Source of the DNA: Eledone cirrhosa
Taxonomy: Eukaryota
DNA length: 64,000 nucleotides
Assembly: GCA_964016885.1 (NCBI GenBank)
Contig: OZ024741.1
Span: 300,576,001 to 300,640,000, forward strand
Reading direction: 5' to 3'
Shown: positions 27,506 through 39,646 of the stretch, one piece after another
How the letters are laid out: each line of letters opens with the position of its first letter
Numbering within the stretch: position 1 is the stretch's first letter
Translations under genes and position numbers: made by a program
Notes under the pieces: generated by a model
What the model was told of the DNA's origin: nothing
The model's input: the letters and a program-made list of their open reading frames with translations, nothing else
Database searches by the model: none

Positions 27506-28113
27506 ATGGTGGCTGCCAACTCGTTTTCGAGTACGGCCACTACTTTATATCCATGTAGGAGAACCCCTACCAATGCGCTGAACGAGTGTGACGTTTTAGT
27601 CCAGCCAGCGACTTGAAAACTCTGGTACAAACACTACACTTGTGACAATTATTGACACATAGTGCTGGGCCCATGGTACCATGTGACGACAAGTGCAGAG
27701 AGATCTCCAGATATAAAGCAATGCCTGTGCTGTGAAGCTTTTATAGTGAGCAAAGGCACTGCACAAAACCAGTCCCACTCTCTTAACCAAGATGATATTT
27801 ACCAAAAAGAAGAACAACTCAACATCATTGGATACCATCAGGGTTGCAGGTGTTATATCAGAGTTTTCCTTCTCCTAGAATTCTGCCTTGACAAAGGCTA
27901 AGGGGTCATCTCTCCCGGTGATTTTGGATGGCTATTGACTCTTAAGAGCCCCTTTGCCTTTTGACAGGTTTTGTTTTTAGTCCTGCAGGATGTCCAAAGC
28001 CACCCTCCTCACCAAGAAACCTTGGTGGGGTTGCCAGTTTAGTCGCCAACGACCCGACCATGAGACAGGTTGTACTGGGATACATGTTACCAGTAGCACC
28101 AACTGGTGACCTG
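27506..28113 (-). mobile_element. Short internally deleted RTE derivative flanked by (CATA)n
   Basis: 5' part CCCCTAGCCTTTGTCAAGGCAGAATTCTAGGAGAAGG is shared with the RTE leader at ~26250-26285. The 3' tail CTCGAAAACGAGTTGGCAGCCACC-(ATGT)n has a related fragment at 16732-16775. Confidence 0.6.
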
Positions 28114-28795
28114 ACACATACATACATACATACATACATACATACATACATACATACATACATACATACATACATACATACATACATACATACATACATA
28201 CATACATACATACATACATACATTTATATTTAAGTGTGTAAGGATGTTGATATGATATGTCTTCTTTTTTTGGTAAGGAGAAAATTTTTGTCGCCAGATT
28301 TTATTACCTAGGGAGATTAAATACCACACTTCTGGCTGAAAGCTGACCAGGTTCTCAACCTCATCAAACACTAATGCCGACCTGTGTATGTATATATGTG
28401 TGTGTGTGTATGTATGTGTATATGTGTGTGTGTGTATGTTCACCACCATTACTTCTTCTTGTCATTTCTGTTGAAGGAGTCCTTATTTTCATTCACTTTG
28501 ATTTCTTTTGATTTTCTTTTATCTCCCTAGGGAATTCGTTGACAAGGTTTTTACTTATTTTCTTCGTTTTCTTCATTCACATCACTGACTGTCTAAGAGA
28601 CGTACAAATATGACTTATCAAACTTACCAAACTAAAGGGGCTTCTAGCGCCCTCAAAGTTTCAACGCCCCCTTACTGCATAACAACGCCCCCCCCCCCCC
28701 CCCCTAACGCCACCTCACAGCATAACGCCCCCCTGGAGCAACGAAACGCCCCCCGGAGGGGAATATGCCCCCCGTTAAGAACCTTTAATTTAGAT

Positions 28796-30760
28796 GATCA
28801 TGAGAATCAGCATCAACAGGGAGGCGGCAATAGACACAATAATTCGATTTGCGACTTTTACGCGTTCCATTTGAACGAGAGGAATCAACAGATAATGCGA
28901 TATTTCAAGCCAGCAGATTGTTCAAGGAATACTGTTGTATGGCATTCGCAAAGATCGAAAATCAAAGGCTAAATTATATAGCTACACATCAGCAACATAT
29001 CAGAGCTGAATTGCATAATAATATACAGGATCCTATAACAGCCGATGATGCCTATTACAAGCAAATTGGTCGATGCACCATTTTGCCATCGTCGTTCATC
29101 GGCGGCCCGAGATATATGAACATTCGCTATCAGGATGCAATGGCTGTTGTCAGAAAGTTTGGAAAGCCAGATTTGCTTATAACTGTTACATGCAATCCTG
29201 AATGGACTAATATTAAAGATGCACTTTAGCCAGGACAACAGCCAAAGGACCGTCCTGATATTGTGGCAAGAGTTTTTTCAAAGGATATCTGAAAAAGATA
29301 ATAGATGATGTGGAAAAAGAGGGAATCTTTGGAGATATAGTTGCTTTTACATACGTAATTGAATTCCAAAAAAGAGGATTGCCACATGCACATTTGCTGA
29401 TCATTTTACATAGAGATTGCAAATTGAGATGTCCTGAGGATGTCGACAGCGTTGTGTGCTGAACTACTGGAGAATGAGGCACTACGCAACTTGGTGGCAA
29501 AGTCAATGGTGCACAACCAATGCGGAGTGGCAAATCGGAAAGCGCCTTGCATGAAAAATGGCCAATGCAGTAAGTACTTTCCGAAATCTTTTGTCACGAA
29601 CACTTCCTGGAATAATGGGGATGCAACTTTGCTGACTGGTGGAAGGACCTTCCACTCATGCTTCAAGGCTCCATTCGCTCCGGATGAGTTGAGTGAACTC
29701 GCGGCCTTATACGCAATACGTCTTTGATTATTTGTGACGAGGCTCCAATGGTACACAGATATTTGCTGGAGGCATTGGACAGAACTTTGAGAGATATCTG
29801 CGGTAGTGACCTGCCATTCGGTGGTAAGACTATCGTTCTTGGTGGCGATTTCAGACAGGTGCTACCAATTGCGTAAATTGTCGATGCATGTCTGAAAAAG
29901 TCCCCGTTGTGGCGCCATTTCAGAGTTTTGCGATTACACGATAATATGTGACTTCGTATGTTCGGGCAAACCGAAGAGGCTGAGACATACGGCCGATGGT
30001 TGATGCAGTTGGGAAACGATGAATTGCCACACGTTGGTGATAGAATTCCAGACCATTTTGTCATGCCACTGGACCGCCAAGCATTGATTGACTGGGTGTA
30101 CCCTAATTTGAATGCTTTTTGGCAGAATATCTCCTGGATATCGGAACGCGTTATTCTAACTCATACGAATGCAACAGTCGATAAAATAAATTCACAAGTA
30201 GCCGGAATGTTTCCTGGGGAGGAACGGTGACCGTCAGTGCGGATGCAATGGAGCCTAATCAGCAGAACAATATGGATGCTCTGACTGAGTATCTGAATTC
30301 ACTTCTAATACCCGGATTTCCCCGACATATTTTGAGGTTGAAAACGGGTATGCCGATTATATTGCTTAGAAATATCAATCATAAAATGGGTCTTTGCAAT
30401 GGTACCAGATTGATTGTTGAGAGATTGATTAACGGAAGAGTTTTAGAAGCTAAACTCCCAGGCAGAGAGGAATCGGTTCTCATTCCGAGGATCATGCTGA
30501 GACCAAGTGAAGATCTGCTGCCATTCATTTTGCAAAGGAGACAGTTTCCCGTCAATTTGGCCTTCTCCATGACTGTCAACAAGGCACAGGGACGGACTTT
30601 CAAGCAAATAGGTGTCTACTTGAATGATCCAGCATCCGGCCATGGGCAACTGTATGTTGCTGCATCTCGATTGTGCGATCCTGATGGTATAAAATTTGCA
30701 ATTGATACCACTAACAGAGGAACAGCCCTGAATAGTGTCTATAATGAAGCTTTGAGCTGA
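28796..30760 (+). pseudogene. Helitron Rep/Hel 3' part: HUH replicase and Pif1-like helicase, degraded, with an internal deletion
   Basis: ILPSSFIGGPRYM, DAMAVVRKFGKPDLLITVTCNPEW, YVIEFQKRGLPHAHLL (HUH), [61 protein letters not shown] and VYNEAL. Confidence 0.95.
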
Positions 30761-30797
30761 TGTATGCATATATTTAATGCTATCAATAGGCGAGGTA

Positions 30798-31125
30798 AAT
30801 GATTCGGTCATTGGTGTCCTTTGATCAATATTGTGAGCTTTCACAGAGTTATCATTTATGTTCAATGTCATTTAATGTCGTTATGAGCAATAAAAACAAA
30901 CAAGTATTGGTAAAAATTGCTTTCACTGCTATGTTGCGCAATAAATACCAACAAGTATTGGTAGAAATTGCCTTCACTGCTATGAATATTCGACATAAAT
31001 GATTCAGACATTGGTGTCCTTTGATCAGTATTGTGAGCTTTGACAGAGTTATCATTTCTGTTCAATGTCATTTATTGTCGATAATGAGCAATAAAAACCA
31101 ATAAGTATTGGTAGAAATTGCCTTC
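30798..31125 (+). repeat. Tandem repeat downstream of the Helitron ORF (200-bp period with a subrepeat)
   Basis: AATGATTC..CATTGGTGTCCTTTGATCA occurs at 30798 and 30998. AAGTATTGGTA.AAATTGC occurs three times. Confidence 0.85.
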
Positions 31126-31492
31126 AAATGTATCGCTTCTGATTGCGATGGTAATAAAACCTCATCATATGCTGAGTCTGGCAAAAAGGTTGGATCCTAT
31201 GGCCGGCCAGGGCTAGAGTTATATTGAAAAACGATTCTATTTTCGAAGTAGAACGATCCGCCATTTGGAGTTCAAACCAGGCCACCTCCCCGAGTTGAAC
31301 TCTGGGCAACATTGACTGTCTATTACTCAGTGGCTAAGAGCCTGGAAATTACTGAATAAATGTTTGTCATATACTTTGTTCTTTTATTATTATAGCATGT
31401 TATCCATATCCATATTAATTTGGCATTTGTATAAACCATTTCAAGTAAATAGGGAGCGTTTTTACATTGACGGACATCTTTTATATTAATTA

Positions 31493-31844
31493 TCTATATC
31501 TATATCTACATATAATAGAAAAGATTTAAACTTTCATCATCCTTTTGAGAAACGTGGAACAACCACGTCTATGCAATGATACACGTTTTACAGTCAGGCA
31601 GAAGATGAACTATCTCCTAGAGGTCACTATTCTAGGTGGGAGAATTGTTCATATACTATGCACAAACGGTACAACGAAGAATCTTGTATATCTGGAAGAT
31701 TTTGTTAACTGTTATTTGTATCACACAGACACCACGGACTCGCCTCATACTGTAACCAGACAAACATCCAATACAGTCATTTTTTCTTTTACCTGTCTTC
31801 TCTTATCATCTGTTTACCCGGGAGAAGCTGGGTACGTCAGCTAG
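31493..31844 (+). mobile_element. Short deleted Helitron with canonical 3' hairpin and CTAG
   Basis: TC start. Helicase relic RNVEQPRLCNDTRFTV..LLEVTILG..GTTKNLVY. Hairpin TACCCGG/CTGGGTA at 31815-31834 and CTAG at 31841-31844, followed by T. Confidence 0.85.
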
Positions 31845-32020
31845 TCTATATATTAATTTCAACAACGTCAGTATTCTGTGAGTGATAATTCTCGATTATC
31901 ATTGGTTCATAGGTTTCAAACGACTCCGCCCACCTCAAAGACGCCAAACTTAAATTAATACGCTTAATGCCAAAGAGGGAGTGAGAGGGGAGAGTAAGAA
32001 ACAGAGAGTCAAAGTGAACT
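31845..32020 (+). mobile_element. Second Helitron 5' terminus, same family as 4591
   Basis: TCTATATATTAATTTCAACAA...ATAATTCTCGATTATCATTGGTTCATAGGTTTC...GAGTGAGAGGGGAG aligns with 4591-4740. Confidence 0.85.
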
Positions 32021-32023
32021 ATT

Positions 32024-33830
32024 CATATACAAGGTATACTGGTAGGTACTTGAATTACGTAGCCCAAGGGTGTTTCACAAGCACATAGACAGGCAACACT
32101 TAAATGCAAGCTATACATAAGCGAAGTGGGGTTATTACAGGATAGAGCAGAGTATAACAAGTATATAGACAGGCACCACAAATAAAGCAAGCTATACACA
32201 AGCAGAGCTGGGTTACTATAAGATAGAGCTGCAGCAAAAGCCCCACAATATTATCTCAGTTACTGTAAAACCAACTGGCAAAGAGTTACTACACATTTAT
32301 ATTAACTGTATAGGATAAACCAATCGGCCACATATGTCCCGATTTTCTAGGGGTTATATAGAAATAGGATTGTCATTAGATAACCAATCAGTCTAAATTA
32401 TACAACATATGTAGATCGTTCAAAAGTAAAAAATAGTTGGATTTATACTATCACTCAAACATAACATCACATCTAGTAACAAGAATTACATGCTGGATGT
32501 GCTGTCCGGATTGCAGCTGCTTTTACCAGGAATTGTTTTTGACGTGTTCGTGACTGGATTGTGTGTGGAAACTTTGGTTATATAAAATCTGGAGCTGAAA
32601 CTTGAACACATTATGCTATACGATCTGGGATCTTAAACATATGGTTTTTTTATGTATATATCCAGCATGTAATACTTGTTACTAGATGTGATGTTATGTT
32701 TCAGTGATAGTATAAATCCAAATATTTTTTTACTTTTGAACGATCTACATATGTTGTATAATTTAGACTGATTGGTTATCTAATGACAATCATACTTCTA
32801 TATTATCCCTAGACAATCGGAACATAATTGGCCGATTGGTCTAGCATATACGGTTAATATACATGTGTAGTAACTCTTTGCCAGTTGGTTTTACAGTAAC
32901 TGAAATAATATTGTGGGGCTTTTGCTGCAGCTCTATCTTATAGTAACCCCGCATTGCTTGTGTATAGCTTGCTTTATATGTCGTGCCTGTCTATATACTA
33001 TATACTTGTTATACTCTGCTCTATCCTGTAATAACCCCACTTCGCCTGTGTATGGTTGCATTTATGTGTTGCCTGTCTATATGCTTGTGGAACACCCTTT
33101 GGCTACGTAATTCAGGTACCTACCAGTATACCTTGTATATGTATACCCTGGCGAGGATTTTAATTACCGTGGTCTTTCTGGATGTACCTTAAGAACATAT
33201 TAGTGCTTATATAACTATAAGTTACTGAGATCCTATTCACTTATATAGGGACTAGCGCATAAATTCCTCTGGCTTTTTTATGGGCTTAAAACTCTTTCTT
33301 TTTTCTTTTTTCTGTTTTCTTTTTTCTTTTTTCTTGTTTTCTTTTTTCTTTTTTCTTTTTTCTTTTTTCTTTTTTCTTTTTTCTTTTTTCTTTTTTCTTC
33401 TTTATTTTTTCACTTCTTTCCTTTTAAAATTTATTTTAAATCGTTTACCTTTTTATTTACTTTTTATCTCTTTATATTATCTTCCTTTTACTTTTTTTAT
33501 TATGTTTTAACCATTGTTTGTATTTTTTTATTTTGTGTGCCATCAATTGTATCTGCATCTTGTGAGATATGCTTGTGCCCTAGCATTTAGCTGTGGTGCT
33601 TAGCAACCCCAGCATGTACTCTCTCCTTATTCGCCATCTCCGATCTCCCTATCTTTACCCTCTATTGTATTCCGATTGTTCGTGTGACTAAGCTTGGTAG
33701 AGCTTATACTCAGCACTGTGTTTATTAAGCTCTGATGATTCCTACCCAACGGTATGGATGAAACATTGTAAGCAAATAAAAACTGTTTGAGTATGTAAGC
33801 GTTCTTTGGTTTCTTTTATATATAACGGCT
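32024..33830 (+). mobile_element. 5'-truncated Penelope-like element with ~475-bp inverted arm and hammerhead
   Basis: Inverted repeat at 32024-32498 / 32660-33141. The spacer encodes NLELKLEHIMLYDLGS (PLE endonuclease end-like). Hammerhead at 33729-33773 and (TA)n from ~33916. Confidence 0.8.
33721..33780 (+). ncRNA. Type I hammerhead ribozyme with intact core
   Basis: GCT-CTGATGA (33732-33738), stem II TCC-TACC-caac-GGTA-t-GGA, then GAAAC-ATT-GTA-AGC. Stem I extends via TTTATT/AATAAA. Confidence 0.8.
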
Positions 33831-33910
33831 CTGTGCTCGTACATTACAGTCAAAATATATAACCGTGCGTGTGTGTTTATGCACATGCACTCCGTGCTAT
33901 ACGTACGTAA

Positions 33911-33981
<71 letters not shown>

Positions 33982-34057
33982 GAGGTTATATTGAATTTAA
34001 TTTAAAAAATGTTATAACTAATATAAAGGACTCAACAGTTTAGTGGAGTACATATAC

Positions 34058-34798
34058 AATATATTAATAAATGGAAACTATATTTATAAAACCATATTTA
34101 TTTTATCATACATATTTCAAGGGCAACCAAGGCAAATTATAGTGCGCTTTCATCAGATAAAATACACATTTGTTTTATAAATAAATATATATTGACATAC
34201 TCGGAAAAAAAAGACAGCCTTAACGGTTGGAGCTTCCTGGATAGTGGACATATTATATATATTGAGGGTGATACAAAATTATGAGTGTCCGAAAGGTTGA
34301 AAATATAACGGTTTATTTAAATTAAACTCTTAGAAGAAGGTGATATGTGAGGGAGAGAGAATAAAGTAGAAAATAAAAAATGAAAAAAAGAAAAAAGAAA
34401 AAAGGAAGGAAAAAGATAGAAGAGGAAAGAAAGAACGATTATATATATTGATAGTGAAAATAGAGTGCATGAAGAGATAAATATAGACAGCGTAAATATA
34501 TCTAAAAGAGAGAAGAAATGAGAATAACGTGGAAGAATAATGCAGGATTCATTACGTTTTGATTATAATAGTTATAATTGTTTCTACTTTTGGCACAAGG
34601 CCAGAAATTATCCCAGTGTATTACTGGTACGTTATTTTATCGACCCCAGGTTTTTTTTCCAGGTATGTCAATATATATTTATTTATAAAACAAATCTGTA
34701 TTTTATCTGATGAAAGCGCACCATAATTTGCCTTGGTTGTCCTTGAAATATGTATAATAAAATAAATATGGTTTTATAAATATAGTTTCCATTTATTA

Positions 34799-34805
<7 letters not shown>
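34058..34805. mobile_element. Inverted pair of hammerhead-bearing repeats (143-bp arms) between (TA)n tracts
   Basis: 34058-34200 is the reverse complement of 34663-34805 with few mismatches. The spacer includes a SINE fragment at 34588-34648. Confidence 0.85.
34699..34764 (+). ncRNA. Type I hammerhead ribozyme with intact core
   Basis: Stem I TATTTTAT/ATAAAATA (8 bp). CTGATGA at 34707-34713. Stem II closed by AAG/CTT. GAAAT-ATGT-ATA gives an AUA cleavage triplet. Confidence 0.75.
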
Positions 34806-34864
<59 letters not shown>

Positions 34865-34894
34865 AAAGAATAGAGGTGTAACACACGAGTTATG

Positions 34895-35265
34895 ATATAT
34901 TGGTAAACGGAAAAGAAAATGCTGACAAATTGTTCACAGTGAAAAATAGTTTAATTAGGAATTAGTGAAAATTAGTAATAGTATTGGTTAGTATTCAGTT
35001 TCGGTTTTAAGTTTTACCGGTTGCGCATTTCTAATGCTTTTCAAAAATAATTTTGAGATAGAGCGCCCATGATATTTGCTCTAATCTGAGCAAACATCAC
35101 GGGCGCTCTATCTTAGAATTATTTTTGAAAAGCATTAGAAATGCGCAACCGGTGAAACTTAAAACCAAAACTGAATACTAACCAATACTATTACTAATTC
35201 TCACTTATTCCTAATTAAACTATTTTTCACTGTGAACAATTTGTCAGCATTTTCTTTTCCGTTTA

Positions 35266-35274
<9 letters not shown>
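34895..35274. repeat. Near-perfect palindrome with 187-bp arms and 6-nt loop
   Basis: Arms at 34895-35081 / 35088-35274 around loop TAATCT. The right arm runs into (TA)n. Confidence 0.92.
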
Positions 35275-35330
<56 letters not shown>

Positions 35331-35677
35331 AGAAAATTTGTGATAGTGATAGCGATAGAAAGGAGAGAAATATGTGAAGAAGAATAGGGAATGTTGCTTT
35401 ATTCAATCATCTCCTAATTACTATACTATCTTTTTATATAATATCTTCTAATTACTGTCTTTTTCAGCATAGCAGATTCTCGCTACGATGAAACTCATTT
35501 CACGAATCTATTGGGGTTTTTGTTTAGGCGCTATTTATAATTCTAATTATTTTGTTACAAACACCGTCCAGGAAATTATGTTTCCGTCTCCTTATAAGCA
35601 AATTAAGTCTTTTCGTCTAGAATTAAATTAGCTAGGTGAAGATGTACCTTCATTTCCACTTACAGATATATTAGTGC

Positions 35678-35719
<42 letters not shown>

Positions 35720-35808
35720 TTTGTTTTTTCAATTTCTTTTGCTAGATTTCTTACCTAAAATAAATTGTATTTAGACATATTTATATATATATATATATAT
35801 ACATACAT

Positions 35809-35997
<189 letters not shown>

Positions 35998-36756
35998 AAT
36001 ATATAAACATATATATATATACTAACATACATACACACACGCTCAAATACGCACACACCCACATACCTATATATGTTGTATAAGGAAATTTTTCTCACTA
36101 ATCTTTTACATAATGAAATATATTTAATAGGCGCAAATGGATGGTTGTCAGTATTTCGGAAATATTTTCAAATAACTTGTATAATGTGTAAAATATTTTT
36201 TAGATATTTCCATAATTATAGTTTAAATTTTAAATGATTTTTTTTATTTTGTTTTATATTCTCATTTGTTTCATTCTTAGCTATAATTGTTTACTGTTCA
36301 TTATGGGCGCAATATAGAACCGAGGTGCGATCTACATCATCTTGTAATTATATACAAAACGAATTCTGGAACAGAATTATTTTTCATTCTCACACTATTC
36401 CTATCATTTTCTGTCCGAAATAACGATTTCTAATCTAAGCACAGGGTCAGCAAATTTTGAGGGGAGAAGAAAGTCGATTAGCTCGCCTAGAACTTGGCTG
36501 GTAGCTTATATTATCGACGATGGAACGATGAAAAGCAAAATTGACATGGGCGAAATTTTAATTCAGAGCTTAAAGACACTGAAGGTAAGCCACATTATTT
36601 CGTCCACAGATGTAACGACTCTTTCACTTTCCGTATCAATAAAAAGGTCTATGTTTAATCACGGTAGCGTAAAATGTATTACCTTCTACTTTTTTAGTTT
36701 GTTTGTTTTGGGGTTTCTTATTGAAATCTTTATGTATATATACATACTTCAGGTGA

Positions 36757-36870
36757 GGGCGCGTGGCTGAGTGTTGAGAGAATTGGATTCGCAATCGTGA
36801 GGTTGTGAATTTGATTCCTGGCGATGCGTTATATCCTTGAGAAAGACACTTTATTTCACGTTGCTCCTTC
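36757..36870 (+). mobile_element. Degraded tRNA-derived SINE head
   Basis: GGGCGCGTGGCTGAGTG (A-box-like), GAATTTGATTCC (decayed B-box) and TCCTTGAGAAAGACACTTTATTTCAC. Confidence 0.55.
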
Positions 36871-37074
36871 TACCTGAAGTTGCAACCGATAGATGACATT
36901 AAGTGGAAAGACCAACCGAAACATTGTTTCCTCGGTCCGTTTTGACGTAAGTCGATCGACTGTCATATATACATATATATATACTTCGTTTTTGAATTTG
37001 TTTTGCAAGACTTCTAATCTGAAAACGTGTTATAGACAATATGCCCCCCCCCCCCCCCACCGCAAGGTGGTCGT

Positions 37075-37320
37075 GGAGGTACCACGGCCAAAAAGCACCC
37101 AGCCCACACTGTAAAGTGGACGTCTAGGCACCACGAAAAAGCACCCAGCACTCACTGTAAATGAGGTTGGTGTTAGGAAGGGCATCCAGCCGTAGAAATC
37201 AAGCCAGATCAGTTCCTGTATGAGCAAGGCATGGTCAGCCGACCAGACACTGCCCACAACAGGACAACCCGTCTAACCCATGCTAGCGTGGAAGAACGGA
37301 CGTAAAACGGTGATGATGAT
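37075..37320 (+). mobile_element. SINE 3' portion with (GAT)n tail
   Basis: GTTAGGAAGGGCATCCAGCCGTAGAAA...CCCATGCTAGCGTGGAAGAACGGACGTAAAACG-(GAT)n, recalled as a common octopus repeat. Confidence 0.55.
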
Positions 37321-38679
37321 ATTGCTATACTTTAGGAGGGTGGTGTTGCCAATAATAACACACGCACCTTTTAGTTTTTACTTCAAATTATTGTAAAGGT
37401 TTTGTTGGTTGGATAACCCGATTGTTGTTTATATATTGGCGAAGGTCTTTCGTCACACAAAAACAATGTGGTGTAGGACAGAAAAAGGGAGAGACACAAA
37501 ATAAAAACGCGGTCACTTAGGAGTTCATAGAATGTGTGATGAAAGAGCGTTTACAATATATAAATAACCATCGAGTTATCCAACCATCAACCAACCGCAA
37601 ATTTATAATAAATTGAAGCGAAAACCAGCAGGTATGTGTGTTTTTATTGGCTATATATATATATATATAAACATGAGAAGAATTGAGTGGTGCGTGGTTG
37701 CACATGGGTTACATATGAAAAGAATAGTCCTTCATCAGTGATTTTCCAACCTTCATTGGTATTTCATCGCTTTAAAAATGATATACCTCCAGCTGGTGCG
37801 AGCAATAGCTAAATAAAGCTATTGGGACAAGTAATATAGCGTAAAGCGAGCAAGACAAGTAAACAAACATATAAGGTATAGCAACGGAAAGATGGGAAGA
37901 AACAAGCACATGGTATCCGTTCAGCTTAAGCTGGGTGAATTTCATGGGCGAGAGAGACAACAGACCGTCCAACGCGAGTAAGGTGTGAGTGAGAAAGGAC
38001 CTCACACAAGCCAAACGGGGGAAGTGAGAAGGGGAGAAGCAGAGAGTGAGTGAGTGGAAGTGCGAGGAAGAGGCCAGTCGACTGACAGAGGGGGCGAAAG
38101 AAGGTGAGAGATACAGACAAACGCAGCTGGGGGAAATATATATAAAAACATGATAAGAATTGAGACTGGCTTTAGTATCGGAGAGGAGAGAATATGGTTT
38201 AGTGAGAGAGGATATACATAATGTAGTTAGCTGACAGAACAGGTTATTTTAGAATTTTGTTCCGTTCAGCTGCGGATGCTGTAGCTCTGGCCCTTACCGC
38301 TGCATCCAGAATGTGGGAAGAAGCAAAAGAGTCACTAACTGTGATGTCCCAGGTAAGGCACCTGCCTCTTGACCAGGAGCACAGAGTAAGACCGTCGAGT
38401 CTTTTCCCATCAATTCAGGACAACCCAGACGGTTCTAAAATTGAGGGGATGTTTGCCCGGGCCAAAGCTCTTGAGTGGTAATAGGACTGTGTGTGTATGT
38501 GCACGCGCGTGAGTTTGTCGGTGTTCTTAAATTAGAGACACGTGTGTTAGTGTGTGTGTTACTGTTTTTAAGTTAGACATATATATGTGTGTATCCCTTT
38601 CCTTCCTTTTACACACACATACATTCACACAAACACACCAACACATTGCGTGATGGACGGGTGGACAGAAGTCCCTCAA

Positions 38680-39130
38680 ATGTATATACATGTGAATGGA
38701 ATTCTACTGAAGCAGTTAGAGAAGTTTAAGTAGCTTGGAGCCGTGTTCATGGGTGATGGAATGCAAGAGGCTTAATTAAGTACAAGAATTGCAAAAGCTA
38801 ATGCAGTAATGCGCCAGCCTCAACATTCAGCAATCAGATGAAGTGGGGTAAGTGTAAAAGCCAAACTCACTGTCTTCCTGGTATTCCTGCCAACTCTTAC
38901 CGAGGATCATGAATCTTGAGTAATGACCAAAAGAATACAACTGCAAATAAAAGTGGCAGAAATGGGTTCCTCCGAAGGGTCTTTGGAGTAACGTTACTCT
39001 ATAAAGTACATAACTCAGAGACCAGAGAGTCACTCCTGGTAGAGCCGCTACTTCTCCGAATTGAAAGATCACAACTCCGATATTATGAGCATGTGGTTAG
39101 AATGTCACAGTAAAGAATCGCTGGACACAT
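38680..39130 (+). pseudogene. RTE-clade LINE 3' fragment
   Basis: LLVEPLLLRIERSQLRYYEHVVRMSQ. Homologous to the copies at 41.1-41.7 kb and 48-49.9 kb. Confidence 0.8.
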
Positions 39131-39646
39131 AATAAATAATTACTGTGGGTAAAGTCGTGGGTAAAATGGGGGGTAAAATGATTATTTAGACGATACGGAT
39201 GTTACAATTCAATCGATACACGTATAGCAGAACGTTGAACGGAATTTACTTGCGTGTGTATACGGTTGTGGTTGACGCAATTATTTTTCTAATTTACATT
39301 GTGAAAATTGAGATTTGACCAGATTTTGTAACCTAACTTTCGGTGCATACTGTGTTAGTGTATATATATTGTTCTCCAACGTCGCGTCGGTGTGTGTGAG
39401 TGTGTGTGTACTCACTAACACTAATTGTGACCGACCCAAATTCTACAGATCTGATGCTGTGATTAGACCTGTCCAGCGTCTTTTACCGCTATTGAGATAT
39501 AGACTTGATAGATTTATGACCCTGACTGAAGACGATAGCAGTTGGCGTGTTTTGGCTGCTGATTATTCATATGGGGTACAAAACTCTAGTGAGTGAACAT
39601 CGTTAGTTTTCCTCCCTCATATGAAAGATTTGAAGACATACCATTA

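Larger units (their letters stand above)
6348..28787 (-). mobile_element. Buster/Charlie-type hAT DNA transposon expanded by nested insertions
   Basis: TIRs CAAAGGTTCTCAAC (6348-6361) and GTTAAGAACCTTTA (28774-28787). Identical 8-bp TSD ATTTAGAT at 6340-6347 and 28788-28795 (nnnTAnnn). Subterminal AACGCCCC motifs occur at both ends. Confidence 0.88.

Noticed and set aside
27990-28113. Possible HDV-like ribozyme in the RTE leader, also near 26270-26350
   Set aside because: RTE leaders are known to carry these, and a CTAA-ACTGG/CCAGT pairing is present, but I could not assemble P1, P3 and L3 by eye. It needs an RNArobo or Infernal search.
30798-31125. Repeat-spacer-like pattern suggestive of CRISPR
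   Set aside because: Eukaryotic context, the intervening segments are themselves duplicated, and there are no cas genes.
37700-37745. CTGATGAAGG on the minus strand as a hammerhead
   Set aside because: No downstream GAAA or stem pairing could be found.
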